Source: Octopus vulgaris (lineage: Eukaryota). Taken from it: a DNA stretch of 64,000 nucleotides. The notes beneath the pieces were generated by a model. That model had not been told where the DNA came from and searched no databases. It saw only the letters and a list, made by a program, of their open reading frames with translations. Positions within the stretch are counted from its first letter, which is position 1. The number at the start of each line of letters is the position of its first letter. Of the stretch, positions 24,878 to 38,203 are shown in pieces. A program made the position numbers and the translations under genes. Where the stretch lies: positions 24,552,001-24,616,000 of the forward strand of contig OX597822.1 in NCBI GenBank assembly GCA_951406725.2, given 5' to 3'.

Positions 24878-25185
24878 GAAGGTGCATGGCTCAGTGGTTA
24901 GAGTGTCCAGCTCATAATCATGAGGTAATGAGTTTGATTCCCAGACTGGGCCCTGTATTGTGTTCACAAGCAAAACACTTTATTTCATGTTGCTCCAGTT
25001 CACTCAGCTGCAGAAATGAGTTGCAATGTCACTGGTGCCAAGCTGTATTGGCCTTTGCCTTTCCCTTGAATAACACCGGTGGCGTGGAGAGAGGAGGCCG
25101 GTATGCGTGGGTGACTGGTGGTCTTCCATAAATAACCTTGTCCAGACTTGTGCCTTGGAGGGGAACTTTCTAGGTGCAATCCTAT
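24878..25185 (+). mobile_element. tRNA-derived SINE (family C)
   Basis: A-box TGGCTCAGTGG and B-box-like GAGTTTGATTCCC in a tRNA-like head followed by non-tRNA body. Confidence 0.65.
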
Positions 25186-25354
25186 GATAACTTATGATAA
25201 CAATTGTACCCAAGTAAGTAATAAAGCAGTCCATAATGCAATTGTGAACTCAAGCTAAACAATAGGCATATGGTTTGAATCTCATTGTTTGGGTCGGTTG
25301 CACTTTTCCCCTTGAAACATGATTGTAATGTCTAATGATTAGTTAGTATTTTTT

Positions 25355-25717
25355 TTTACCTCCACCTTCACTAAGGTGGATGTATTGTTTTCAGTTTTGT
25401 TTGCTTGTTTGTGTTTGGACAAGATACCTCAAGAACCACTGGATGGATTCGGATAGAATTTTCAGGGATGCTTGGCCTTGTGACTGGCACAATCTGATTA
25501 AACCTTGGGATCAATCTGGTAACAGACAAGGATTCTGGATTTTTTCCAGTATTTTTTTTACTTAAGTTTTGAGAGCAGCCGGGTTGATTTTTAGTATTCT
25601 TGTTTGTGAGAGCAGTTGAGTTTATTTCAGATATTTTCATTTTAAAAACCATCTCTGGCTAATTGTTGAGAGGATGTTGTTGTGGCCTTGACGGAAGTTT
25701 GAGCTCTCTGAGTGCTC
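25355..25717 (+). mobile_element. Helentron-associated/DINE-like non-autonomous element
   Basis: TTACCTCCACC...GGTGGATGTATTGTTTT start, GTTT microsatellite, subterminal inverted GACGGAAGT and terminal GAGCTCTCTGAGTGCTC hairpin; second copy inverted at 53581-53945. Confidence 0.6.
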
Positions 25718-26243
25718 GCTTATTTTTGATTTTGATAGCTGTTTAACCCTAAATCAGCTTTAATCTAGTAGACATTTAATGACATAACTAGTTTAACCAT
25801 GACTGTCTGAACCCATCCCATCTTTTGTACATTTGCCCTACAGACAAAGAATGCAAAACAACATTCTTCAGCCCATTCTTTATCAAAATAACAGGGTGTG
25901 ATCTGAAGTAATTTCAACTGGCATATCTAGTTGGTTGAGTGACCATATTCAGGCAACCTTGACTTGTAATGATGCTGTCCTTGTAGCTTCTGCACGTACA
26001 TATTTTCTCTCTCTCTCTCATATATATATATATATGTAATTCTTTTATCTGTTTGTCATTTGATTGCAGTCATGCTGGAGCACTGCCTTTAGTGAAAGAA
26101 ATCGACCTCAGCACTTATTCTTTGTAAGCCTAGTACTTATTCTATCAGTTTCTTTTGTGGAACTGCTAAGTTACGGGGGTGTAAACACACCAACATCAGT
26201 TGTCAAGCAATGGTGGGGGACAAACAGACACACAAACATATAC

Positions 26244-26288
<45 letters not shown>

Positions 26289-27329
26289 ACGGGCTTCTTT
26301 CAGTTTCCATCTATCAAATCCACTCACAAGGCTTTGGCCAGCCTGAGGCTATAGCAGAAGATACTTGCCCAACCTGCCATGCAGTGTGACTGAACCAGGA
26401 ACCATGTGGTTGGCAAGCAAGTGACTTACCACATAGCCCCATATATATATATATATATACACACACCCACACACACAGCCCTTCAATCCCCTTCCCATAC
26501 AATCTTGCAAACTAATTCCTCAATTCACCTTGTGCCTTGTGGGGCCATCTAGATACCTCATTGTCATTGTCTATCTCTTGCAGCTCCTACTGCTCATGTT
26601 CTCTTTTCCTCCCCTTCCTCTACGAGATGTGAGTAGCCATGGGTTGGACGATTTAACTGAGGACTGGCAAACCAGATGGCTGCACGAGGCTCCAATCTGA
26701 TCTAGCAGAGTTTCTACAGCTGGATGCCCTTCCTAACGCCAACCACTCCACTTGAACCATGATGGAAACAAACTTTTTACCACACAATCATGCCCACACC
26801 TCTCTTACCTAAAAGGTCCTTGTCTTGCAAGTTACTTGGCAACCCTTCTGATGCTGGTGCCATGTAAAAAGCACCTTTGTTGGTGTCATGTAAAAAGCAC
26901 CTTTGCCAGTGTCACATAGAAGGCACATGTGCCAGTGTCATGTAAAACGCACCTATTACACTCTAAAGTGGTTGGCATTAGGAAGGGCATCAAGCCATAA
27001 AAAGCACGCTAAAACAGACAATTCAAGTCTGGTGCAGCTTGCTAGCTTACCAGCTCCTGTCAAACCATTGAACCCACACCAGCATGGAAAACAGATGTTA
27101 AAATGATTATGATGACACACATATGTGAGTATATGAATATATATGATTGTAACAGCTGGTGCCCCCTCACATCTAGTTATTCAGATTTGATGTTCCTATA
27201 AAATTTGAATTAGTAGAGAGGTGCCAGTTGTTGTAATCATAAGTAATAGTCTCCCCTTGGCATTGCAGCCTGTTTAAAACCTTGTCTGTATTTAAGTACT
27301 ACACATACACACAATGTGTATATATGTAG

Positions 27330-27367
<38 letters not shown>

Positions 27368-28435
27368 CATTATTTTTTCAATTATTTTCCCATTGGTTTT
27401 CATTTTATTTGGTCTCATTATTTTATTTTTAAAATTTCATTTATACATGTGTGTGTATACATGTATGTCTATGTTTCTGTCTCACTATATCCTTTCATCA
27501 TCTGACACAACATCACCTTCTCCAATGCCCCCGCCCCTCTCAAGGGATCTTTGTCTTGCAAGTTACTTGGTGACCCTGCCAGTGCAGGTGCCACTCAAAA
27601 AGCATCCAGTTCAAATTGTAAAGTGGTTGGCATTTGGAGGGGCATCCAGCTGTAAAAATCATGCCAAAACTGACCTCACCTGTATGAGTGCCACATAAAA
27701 AGCAGTTGTTGGTGTTAGGAAGGGCATCCAACCATAAATGCCGTGCCAAAACAGACACAGGGACCTGGTGTAGTCTTCTACCTGGCTGGCTCCTGTCAAA
27801 CCATCCAACCCATGCCAGCATGGAAGGTGGACGTTAAAATGATGATGATCATTACTGTTTAACATCCACTTTCCATGCTAGCATGGGTTGGACGATTTAA
27901 CTGAGGGCTGGCGGACCAGATGGCTGTACCAGACGCCAATCTGATCTGGCAGAGTTTCTACAGCTGGATGCCCTTCCTAACGCCAACCACTCCGAGAGTG
28001 TAGTGGGTGCTTTTATGTGCCAGCCAGGCGGTACTGGCAATGGTCACGCTCAAATGGTGCTTTTTATGTGCCACCTGCACAGGAGCCAGTCCAGCGGCAC
28101 TGGCAACAACCTCGCTCAAATGTTTTTTTTACATGTCACCAGCACAAGTGCCAGTAAGGCGTCGCAGGTAATGATTACGTGCCATCGGCACGGAGGCCAG
28201 CTTGCTCTGGCAACGAATGAGGTACACATGTTTATTCATTTATTTATTTACTTGTATTTTATTTATTTACTGATACACCTTTACTTTTTATCCTGTTTAC
28301 TACTATGTTGCTCAGTATTTTCCCTCTTCCCTTTTTTCTCTCCCCCACTTGCTCTCTCTTTACTTCCTTCTCTCAATACTTATCAATGTCATCTCTCTAA
28401 GTTAATGTATTAGATCACTGTAACAAAGTTCAATA

Positions 28436-28506
28436 AAGTGTTTTCCTGATGATCCAATGCACCAGAAACATCCAAATAACAGCACTGGTGAAACATACAT
28501 AGCAAC
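28436..28506 (+). ncRNA. Degenerate hammerhead motif in a PLE pseudo-LTR-like relic
   Basis: CTGATGA (28446) ... accag/ctggt stem ... GAAAC-atac-ATA; cleavage triplet altered and helix I weak. Confidence 0.3.
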
Positions 28507-30096
28507 TAAATACTCACACTTTTATTTATCTTAATTTTCCACTACATAGGCACTTTACATCACAACTACTAACACTGCAAAGTAAAATGGCTGACCAACG
28601 ACTATACTGAAGGCTGACCAGATAATGATAATCTATGTGGAACTTTTACTACAGTAGTTGTACACACACACATGCGCGGCTGTGTAGTAAGAAGCTTGCT
28701 TCCCAATAACATGGTTCTGGGTTCAGTTCCACTGTATGGCACCATGGGCATTAAGTGACTTCTGCTATACCCTCGGGCTGACCAAAGCCTTGTGAGTGGA
28801 TTTGGTAGACGGAAACTGAAAGAAGCTCATTGTGTATGTATGTGTGTATATGTGTGCATGTGTGTGTTTCTGTCTTTATGTCAGTGTTTGTCCCTCACCA
28901 CTGCTTGACAACTGTTGTTGGTGAATTTATGTTCATGTAACTTAGCAGTTTGGCCATAAAGACTGATAGAATAAGCTTAAAAACAAATAAGCCCTGGGGT
29001 TGATTTGTTCGACTAACACCCTTCAAGGTGGTGCCCCAGCATGGCTGCAAACAAATGATTGAAACAAGTAAAAGAAGAAACTGCAAGGATGACAGAGCAG
29101 CTACTTCCGATACAGATGACGGGGGTACTGCGAAGTAGCAAAATTAGACAAGAGCAACTTCTGGATTTGTATTCTTTTGGCGGAGTTATTAAAATGTAGT
29201 AGGGGGAAATGTTGTGAAACAAATGGTTATTAAAACAGAGAGAGAGACAGAGAGTGAGGGGGCCAGAGTTAGTTGGTCAAGGATAGAACACGAAGGAGAA
29301 AAATATTTTTTGGGGATTTTGGGTAAAATAATTTAATGAAACAGCAAATGCTGATAACAGTGAAATAGAATTGAAAAATCTTAGAATTTTTGGTCAGCCA
29401 ATCTGTGACAAAATTAGAGAAATAAGTGACGTTGTGACAAACTTGAATAAATGAATAGGTGACGAATAGTAAATGCGTGTGAAGGAACTTAAGTTTGTTT
29501 TGAGACAACAGCGAGGAAGACAATACTGTGTTTAAACTATGTTTACATGGAAATGAAATAGATAGAATAATGAAAAGAACTAATAAGGGGTTTATGATCT
29601 GCATGGAAAAAGAAGAGTAGATGTACAAAGTTGAAAAAAAACAACAAACAAATATATATATATATATATACATACATACACAAACACACACATGCATATA
29701 ATACACACACACACACACCATTTTTGTCTATATAACATCAATAACAAAAATCAGGGATGTGGTTTATACATGAGGCCAAGAAATGTACTATTAAAGTAGA
29801 GAGGTGCAACAAGAATGTATGTATATGTATGCATCAATGTATGCATGCATGCATATCTCATATATACATACACATGCATGCATATATCATATACAGTTAC
29901 ACTTGTATGCATATATCATAAACACTTACACATCTCTCTCTATCTCTCTATCAATGTAACTCAATATACATATACATATATGCATACACACATATATAAA
30001 ATATATTTTTACATATATCTGTTAACACAAATATGGTAGGGAAAAGATAAGAGAATTTTTCCGAAAAATAGCAACAGAATTGCTGGAATTACTTAC

Positions 30097-31245
30097 CAAT
30101 AGAAAATCCACTTAGAATAATCCCTATTCCTGAAACTGTCTCTGACAATCCTGTAGATAAGGAATAGAGTTCGAAGTTGAAGAAGTCCAAAACGACGATC
30201 GTATAAACCGAAAATGATATCCCAGACGTCAATATAAATATGAATGTTACAATCGTTATGGCGGTAATAGAAGTTATAAATGGATAAATGAGACTAACGA
30301 GGCTACAGCTGATGATTGCAAATGAGAAAATCACCAAACTTGGCATCTTCAGATAAAGAAAGAGAGATCCCAAAACACGGGAGATGATATCACCAATAGC
30401 ACCTATTGAGAAAATCCATGCTGCTTGTTTTACAGATAGCCCTATTGAATAGCAGTAGTCTGGTAATATAGTCACTACAGTGGCCAAATTGCCAAAAGCT
30501 ATAAACAAAGTACACAGAAACAGAACATAATTCTTGTTTGATAAAAGAAACTGAAGTTTTTTCACAATATTTTGCTTTGGCATTTTTGAAATGTCAGTTT
30601 GAGAATTTGATATTTTTGAAGTGTTACTTTTGATTGAATAATTGCTAATAGAATTTTGAGAACTCAAGTTACCATTCTGTTTGTAAAGTGGCGGTGTTTT
30701 CTCAATGTCTGAAATCTTAATTATCTCTTCTGGATAGTTTTTGCCATTTATTTCGATAGTGGAATAGACTTTTTCTTTTGTCTCACATAATAATAATTCC
30801 TTTCCTTCAATAGTCAGATCATGAGTGTCTTCTGTTTGTATGCAGTTATCTTCTTTACACGTTCCTGAACTTTCTAGCACACAGCTACAATTGCTGTCAC
30901 TAGTTGCCAACATTGTAGTTCGGCTGCTTTCTCTGGAGGTAAGTTTCTTTTTGTTGATGTCATTTTTGCTTGATTCTTTATTTGACTGTTTTCGGCTTTT
31001 AAAATATTCTGTCTTTGTGGAAAATATTAAACCCAAAGGAAGACAATTAAGGACAGTCCCACCAAGAACAAGAAAACTTCCTTGCCAAGAGTAGATGTCT
31101 ATCAAATATGATACAAATGAAGGGAAGATGATTAATCCGAAACTTTCACCAAGGGTTATGAGGGAAATTAGAATTCGGCCAGTGTTTGGAAAGTGATATG
31201 CCAAAGCTGTGTTTGTGGAAATGTATATTAAGGAACAGCCAGTGC
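30097..31245 (-). CDS. MCT-like transporter exon 4 (TM4 end to TM11, including the long cytoplasmic loop)
   Basis: Acceptor ATATATTTCAG|GCACT and donor G|GTAAGT; 1149 nt open frame. Contains GTGCSLIYISTNTALAYHF, YSWQGSFLVLGGTVLNC, LPDYCYSIGLS and DIISR (TM8 Asp/Arg pair), all typical of SLC16. Confidence 0.93.
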
Positions 31246-31422
31246 CTGAAATATATAGAAATTAGGTAAGGTAAATGTTTGTTTGGAAATGAGACAAAAA
31301 AAGAAGTACTCAATACCAAAAAAAGAGTGCATTGTTTCTATTTTGAAGCTGAAACTAATTAATTTGAGAAAGTTCAGCTTCAAAATAACACACACACACA
31401 CAGACAGAGCACAGAAACTCTT

Positions 31423-31460
<38 letters not shown>

Positions 31461-32694
31461 TATGTATAAAGAAAAATAATACAAAACACCTACCTGTTCA
31501 AGAAGAAAAATAAAAAAGCAAAATAAAAAATGACACAAGGTATAAACAAAATTTTTTAAAATATTACAGAAAATAAATAAAATATACAAAGGGGAGCAAT
31601 GTTATAAAGAGAATTTGAATGAAGGGAATGGGTTTGGTTGATGTGGTGGTCATGGTTGGTAATACAGAAACAACAGTGACTGCTGAGTAGGTGATGTTTA
31701 TGATCATAAATCATAGCAATTATGATGATTCTCAGTGTGGGAGTTACAATCATAACAATCACATATGTGTGTGTGCGTTAGGATTATGATGTTTCAAGCT
31801 GTGGTAGAGGTCATCACAATAATGGTGAAACAGCAGCATTAACAGAAAATTTATCAGTAAAAGATGTTGATTCTTCTTTTTAAGTCCTTTGCTCCCTATG
31901 GAGCATAGGCTATCAAGGACTTTTCTCTACTCTTCTTGACTCTTGGGTGTCTTCTCTAAGGAAAGGTCTTCTCCCAGCCCTTGTTGGTTTTGAATTGTCA
32001 CCAGTGCTTCTGTAACTTTGATTTTTTTATAGGTAGGGGTGTTGGCTCTACACAAACCCATTTTTACCTCTGGGAAGAGATGGTCCATATTAGTCTGGCC
32101 TCTATCAAAGGACAGAGGCCAAACTTTGAGAAGCCTTATCAGAAGCTTGTGCCCTGCCAATACAGCTCTAAGAGTCAATGAAGCAAGCCACCACATCACA
32201 ACAAGGACTTGGCCTTGTGAAAAAGAGATGAAAGCCAAATGTCATTGTAAACCTTCCACATTTACTGTCAGCAGTACATCCTTAGAAGCACCCAAGAAGG
32301 ATAAAATCTCTCAGACAGAAATTCTCAAAAATTTACCGACTATCAATGTGAAATTAATGATTGCGAAAAACATCCTCGATTGAACCAACGACATAATCTG
32401 TATGGAGGACTCCTACCTACCTAGAATAGTAATCCATGGTTAGCAGAAGGGGGTCCTCTTGACAATGTGGAAGTTCTAAGGAGCTTTGGAAAATCCAGCT
32501 GAAGTACTGCTGTCAAACTGCATTAGCCCCTAAGGTGGCAGCTTTTGTCTTCGATAACATTGGTGGCATGGAGAGGGAAGACTTGAAGGTAAAGGCAATT
32601 GTTAGCCCAAATGGCCATGCATACAAATATAGGTACATGGTCAAACTTGACCATTGGACGGCCCTTTTTTTTTGATATAATAATAATTCGTCTT

Positions 32695-33145
32695 CTCTTC
32701 TTAATCCTTCTTGCTCCTTGTGGAGCATAGGGCCTCAACAGTTGTTTTCCACTTTTTGCGATCATTGGCGTGTTTCTTGGCTGCTTCCCATGTCAGGCCG
32801 GTGGTCCTGAGCTTGTCCAAAATGCTCTGCTTCCATGTCTGCTTCAGGCGTCCTCGCTTCCTTTTCCCCTGTGGGTTCCAGTCAAGTGCTTGTCGTGTCA
32901 CATTTGAGGGTTCTTTCTGAAGTGTGTGTCCGATCCATCTCCATTTCCTTCATCTAATCTGAACATGTATAGGTTCCTGGTTGGCCCTTTCCCACAGGTC
33001 GGTGTTTGGCACTCTGTCGAACCACTTCAGATGGAGGGTCTGCCAGAGACATTTGTTGATGAAGGTCTGGATCTTCTTGTAGTTGCTGCAGGTGGCTCTC
33101 CATGTCTCAGAGCCATAAAAAAGCACAGATTTTACGTTTGAACTA
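32695..33145 (-). mobile_element. RTE LINE 3' fragment (degenerate)
   Basis: NVKSVLFYGSETW, FINKCL, RKWRWIGHTL, ALDWNPQGKRKRGR and TWEAAKKHANDRKKW; related relic at about 31870-32240. Confidence 0.85.
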
Positions 33146-33593
33146 AATAATAATAACAGTTTGAAATGTTGGCACAAAGCCTGAAATTTCGAGGGCAGGG
33201 CAAGCTGATTACATCAACCCCTGAGCTAAACTAGTAAACATTTTATTGACCCTGAAAGGATGAAAGGTAAAGCTGACCTCAATGGAATTTGAACCCATAA
33301 CAAAAAGAGAGACAAAAATGCTACTAATCATTTTGTCTGGCATGCAAACAATTTTGCCAGCTCACCACTTTCAATAATAATATTTTCTTCTATAGGCACA
33401 AGGCCTGGAATTTGAGGGAAGGGGGTAAGTCCATTATATCAACCCCTGTACATAACTGGTACTTACTTCATCGCCCCTGAAAGGATGAAAGGCATAGTCG
33501 ACCTTGGTGGAATTTGAACTCAGAACATAAAGACAGATGAAATGCTGCTGAGCATTTAGCCTGGTGTGCTAACAATTCAGCCAACTTGCCATC

Positions 33594-33627
<34 letters not shown>

Positions 33628-34532
33628 TACCTATCACCAATATCACCCCACTGTCATCACCACAACACCACCATCATTTTATGCATGTTTTCCATGCTAG
33701 CATGGGTTGGACAATTTGAAAAGGATACAGTGAGTTGGAGGACTGTGTTATGCTTCAATGTCTTGTTTTTGACATGGTTTCTATGGCTGAATGCCCTTCA
33801 TAATGTCAACCACTTTATTGTGAGTACCAGGTTCCTTTTCATTTTAGGCATCAGTACTAGTTAGGTTGCCATGCATTATAGATGCTTCATTTGAAGGGTT
33901 GTGACCAAAAGTGACACTGGGGAACTCCCTTAATGCATTTGTGGTGATCCAGTCGTTGGCTGGATCATGCCCTCCGTCGTCCACCAGGAGAATTCATCTA
34001 TGAGGCAATTGCCCCAGCTCCCCTTCAGGGTTGGCAAAAGCGATGTGGTGGACAACGAAAAACCTGGCTGATGACAGTCAAGGCTGATTTGGAACCCAAT
34101 CTAGGCCCCCATATCTATGGCATTCGCCGGTGGAATAAGGAGTGGTTGGAGATCACGTGGTCATTAGCCTCAAATCGCCAGGTCTGGTTGGTGTTTGTGA
34201 GAGATTGAGGATGAATGAAGCCAGCTCAACTCACCCCGGGTGAATGCTGTCTCAAGACAAGAAGAAGAAGAAGAAGAAGACATTTGAAGGGTAGCTTCAA
34301 ATGAGGTGTCTGCAGTAGAGAGGGAGGTGAAAACAGAACAGATTTTTTGTTGTAGGGGATCAGCAAGGATACTCACATTATAGAAGGGAAGGACAGAAGC
34401 AAAGAGGGTGGAGCTCAAAAGAGAGATAATGGGGATAAGTTGTTAGGGCAAGGTGGGCTCTCAAGATGTACAGTGACTACAAGTGAACAGGAATAGAAAA
34501 CCAGGAAGGACAACAAAAATAGGTTAGCTTAC

Positions 34533-34676
34533 CTGAAACGAAACCCAAGAAGACAAGAATATATGGAACGGTGGGTACAAAACAACATACAATAATACCT
34601 AAACTGAGTAATAGGCTGCCTGCAACCAGTGCTAATCGAATACCAAATTTTCCAACAATATATCCAGATATAACAC
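34533..34676 (-). CDS. MCT-like transporter exon 3 (GVISGYIVGKFGIRLALVAGSLLLSLGIIVCCFVPTVPYILVFLGFVS)
   Basis: Acceptor TTTTACCTTTGCAG and donor CAG|GTAAGC; 144 nt; contains the MFS motif-A-like GYIVGKFGIR. The ORF track misses this frame. Confidence 0.9.
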
Positions 34677-34981
34677 CTGCAAAGGTAAAAAAAAAAAAGA
34701 ATATTAATTAGATCCACCATTAGAGTGTGTGTGTGTGTGCATGTAAGTATATGAACAGGGCAGGCTGGAGAACCTTTGATCACATGCCTTATCTGATCAG
34801 GATTCTCCTAGGCATGAAGCAATATCTAAAACTCCATTTGTGAGCAGAAAGATTTATTTTGTACATCATAGGACAGAATGGATTAAGCAGAGCAGAAGGA
34901 TACACATGGATGGAAAAGGTCACTGAAGAAGTCACAGATGTGTGACAAAAGATTTCCAAACAATGGACATGAAATAAGAAC

Positions 34982-35014
<33 letters not shown>

Positions 35015-35493
35015 CTAGTGAAGAATGAATATATAGTGTGTGTGTTTATTTGGCAAGGAAAAAAAAAAGACCATGCCAAAATAAAACAATATATATTTAT
35101 ATATATTCTCTTTTTTACTCTCTTTTACTTGTTTCAGTCATTTGACTGCAGCCATGCTGGAGCACCACCTTTAATCGAGCAACTCGACCCCGGGACTTAT
35201 TCTTTTGTAAGCCCAGTACTTATTCTATCGGTCTCTTGTGCCGAACCGCTAAGTAACGGGGACATAAACACACCAGCATCGGTTGTCAAGCAATGCTAGG
35301 GGGAAAAACACAGACACACAAACGCATATATATACATATATACGACGGGCTTCTTTCAGTTTCCGTCTACCAAATCCACTCACAAGGCTTTGGTCGGCCC
35401 GAGGCTATAGTAAAAGACACTTACCCAAGGTGCCACGCAGTGGGCTGAACCCGGAACCATGTGGTTAGTAAACAAGCTACTTACCACACAGCC

Positions 35494-35524
<31 letters not shown>

Positions 35525-35566
35525 TATATATATTATTAAGGTGGCTAGTTTCATTACACTTAAATA

Positions 35567-35615
<49 letters not shown>

Positions 35616-35659
35616 GTATATATCTACATCTAATTTTCCAACAATATCTCTATATATAT

Positions 35660-36260
35660 ATAATTGCCAACCAAGTGTGGTGTCCTATACAGGACAGTGC
35701 TACTAACATTTATAGCTCCAGGAAGACGTCTCTTCCAGCTGGCTAATGACACACATTCTGTGTCCAATTAGTATTTGAAAGGGGAGGTCATCGCCCCCAT
35801 CTCTAGCTTTACGTGATGCACATGGATCTGAGTTTCCGGGTAGTTAACTAGCCTCAGAATGTGTTAATCACCAGCTACTGATGAAAACTCTCCCTACTCG
35901 CAAAATACTATATGCTTTTTCCAGTGGTGATCGCGAAAAAGGAGGAATAAGCTATATTAAATCTCTGAGTGAGATGCAAACAGTAGCAATACAGAATCAT
36001 GACATATAATTGCCAACCACGTGTGGCGTCCTATATGGGACAATGCTACTGACGTTTATAGCCCCAGGAAGACGTCTCTTCTAGTTGGCTAACAACACAT
36101 ATTATGTGTCTGATTAGTATTTGTGAGGGGAAGTCATTGCTCCCATCCCTCGCCTTACGGACTCAAGTTTCTGGCTGGTTAACACACACTGAAGATGGGT
36201 AATCACCCAGAAACTAGAGCCTATGTGTCTCACATAAGGTTAGGGATGGGAGCGATGATA
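35660..36260 (+). mobile_element. Two tandem units of a structured non-coding element, the second ending in a hairpin-enclosed hammerhead
   Basis: Direct repeat starting ataattgccaacca at about 35660 and 36007. IR 36134-36158/36234-36258 encloses acacaca-CTGAAGA-tgggt-aatc-accca-GAAAC-taga-GCC-tatgtgt. Confidence 0.6.
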
Positions 36261-36284
36261 TATATATATATGTACTGAAATAAT

Positions 36285-36742
36285 TGTTAAGCCCTGGATA
36301 GACAGTGTATGCAATGGAAGGCCAGATGTGTTTCAGTAAAACTCTGTACTATCGCACATGGCTCTAGTAACACAGGAATGGATGGCTGAAAATTTTCATG
36401 ATCATACAACCTCCAACATTTGACCTCCTAATTCTCCAGATCTCAATCCATTGGACTATTACATGTAGAGTGTTGTTGAGACAGAGGTCATAACACCAAA
36501 GATTCTTTGGAAGATGCCATAGTCAGAGTAATGTCCAAAATGGACCAGGACCACTTGATTTGAGCATGTAGATGATTTAAATCTCATATAGAAGCAGAAG
36601 GTTGCTTTATTGAATAACGTTATAGAAAAGGTTTATTTGTATCCTCAGAGCATTTTTTGATAAATAAAGTTATCTGTTATCACATATCTGGGTTTTTTTT
36701 AATAAACATAAATCTGTCCTCAAATATTTTATGCACCCTGTA
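36285..36742 (+). mobile_element. Tc1/mariner (DD37D-like) transposase relic
   Basis: KPWIDSVCNGRP...PPNSPDLNPLDYY; ends ATGCACCCTG|TA. Confidence 0.7.
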
Positions 36743-36920
36743 TATATATAGTGTAATATGCATATAAAATATATAAATATTTATATAATAGAGAGAGAGA
36801 GAGTGAGAGAGAGAGGTAATGGTTTCAATAAGACCCAAAGGTGTCAGGTAAGCTCCAGGTTCAGTGATTATGTGAATAAGGAGTCCAATGTAGGTCATAT
36901 ATACCAACAGGTGTATATAT

Positions 36921-37130
36921 AAAAATTTTCTTTCAGAATGAGATAAAAAACCAAGGCTGTGAAGATTTTAGAACATTTATGAATATAAGGTCTTATAGCT
37001 GTTTCCAGGATATTTATTATATCTCTGAAGGGATATAATAAATATCCTGGAAAGCTGTAAGACCTATTTATAAATGTTCTAAAATCTTAACAGCTTTGGT
37101 TTTTCTATATCATTCTGAAAAAAGAATTTA
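36921..37130. repeat. ~100-bp-arm palindrome with a decayed hammerhead at its centre
   Basis: Arms at about 36921-37023 and 37032-37130; CTGAAG-ggata...tatcc-tgGAAA-gctGTA on +, GAAACAGCTATA on -. Confidence 0.75.
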
Positions 37131-37310
37131 TATATATATATATATATATATCATCAGCATCATCATCATCGTTTAACGTCCGTTTTCCGGGAAGCCAGGA
37201 GGCTGCACTAGGCTCCAGTCTGATCTGGTAGTGTTTCTACAGCTGGATGCCCTTCCTAACGCCAACCCCTCCGTGAGTGTAGTGGGTGCTTTTTACGTGC
37301 CACCGGCATG

Positions 37311-37348
<38 letters not shown>

Positions 37349-37451
37349 TATATTGCATACATGCAGATAAATGCAAGCTTACGCTAAAAAATAAACAACA
37401 GACAAGCAAATAGATATTAAATAAAGGAAAAAAAATATACTCTGTTCCTAC

Positions 37452-37648
37452 CTACACAGCCAAATACTCCTGTTGGCAAGAAAACTGCCAGCGTAACATA
37501 TTTCAGATCATTAGGAAATGCTAGCTTCAGCTCTACGTAGTAGATGGACAATGCAAAAATGAAGCCAATGACCATCACGTTGGTTCCAAAACAGCAGAAT
37601 GAAACAATGAAGCACTTGAACAGTTGAATACGGGAGCATTGAGCAATG
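37452..37648 (-). CDS. MCT-like transporter exon 2 (TM1-TM2: IAQCSRIQLFKCFIVSFCCFGTNVMVIGFIFALSIYYVELKLAFPNDLKYVTLAVFLPTGVFGCV)
   Basis: Acceptor TTTCTTTATTTTCCAG and donor G|GTAGGA; two hydrophobic helices; phase 2 in, phase 1 out. Confidence 0.85.
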
Positions 37649-37811
37649 CTGGAAAATAAAGAAACTGATTGTGAGAGACATATATGAATTAGATAAAGCA
37701 TAATCTACTACAATAAACTAAGTCAATAGATTTGGGTAGATAAAACCCTTTATCATAATTCTGTTGAAATGCACTATCTTTGTTTCACTTAATTTTGAAA
37801 ATAATGAAGAA

Positions 37812-38203
37812 CTAGCAGTATCGCCCGGCGTTGCTCGGGTCTGTTTCGACCCTTTAGAATTGGAATTTTTGAAAAGTAAAAATTTTGCATTATGTAGCTT
37901 GTTATTCTCTTTAAGTGAACAATTTTCTGGTTGAAATACACCGAAAAATGTCGACACAGCAGTAAAAAAAATCGTAAAAAATAGGATTTTCATAGAAAAA
38001 AAGCACCTTTTTGATGTAAATAATTTTTGGTGTTAACATGGTCCGGTTTGAATTTTTTCTTCTATGGAAGGAAGAGCAAGCCTTCTTCTATCATACTCTC
38101 AATTTTGGTCAACTTGTACCGCAGGGTCTCGGAGGAGATAGTGTTAGTTGAAGGCTACTAAACCTGCCCTACACAGACAACTTCAGATTTATATATATAT
38201 AGA
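37812..38203 (-). mobile_element. Non-autonomous Helitron nested in a piggyBac-type MITE (MITE right end AAAAGGG|TTAA near 38344)
   Basis: CTAG end, CCCGAGCAACGCCGGG hairpin and TC start on the minus strand; related copy on + at about 50290-50675. Confidence 0.75.

Noticed and set aside
24878-24955. tRNA gene (also 40575-40647 and 54930-55003)
   Set aside because: The A/B boxes are followed by SINE body, acceptor stems are imperfect and there are multiple diverged copies, so these are SINE heads.
35660-35765. HDV-like or pistol ribozyme reading of the GGCTAA / TAGGGCTAAATAG motif
   Set aside because: I could not assemble the nested double pseudoknot (P1, P1.1, P3/L3) or the pistol P1 and pseudoknot, so it is left as an unidentified motif.
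35878-35900. CTGATGA hammerhead core
   Set aside because: No helix II, GAAAC or cleavage-site arrangement follows.
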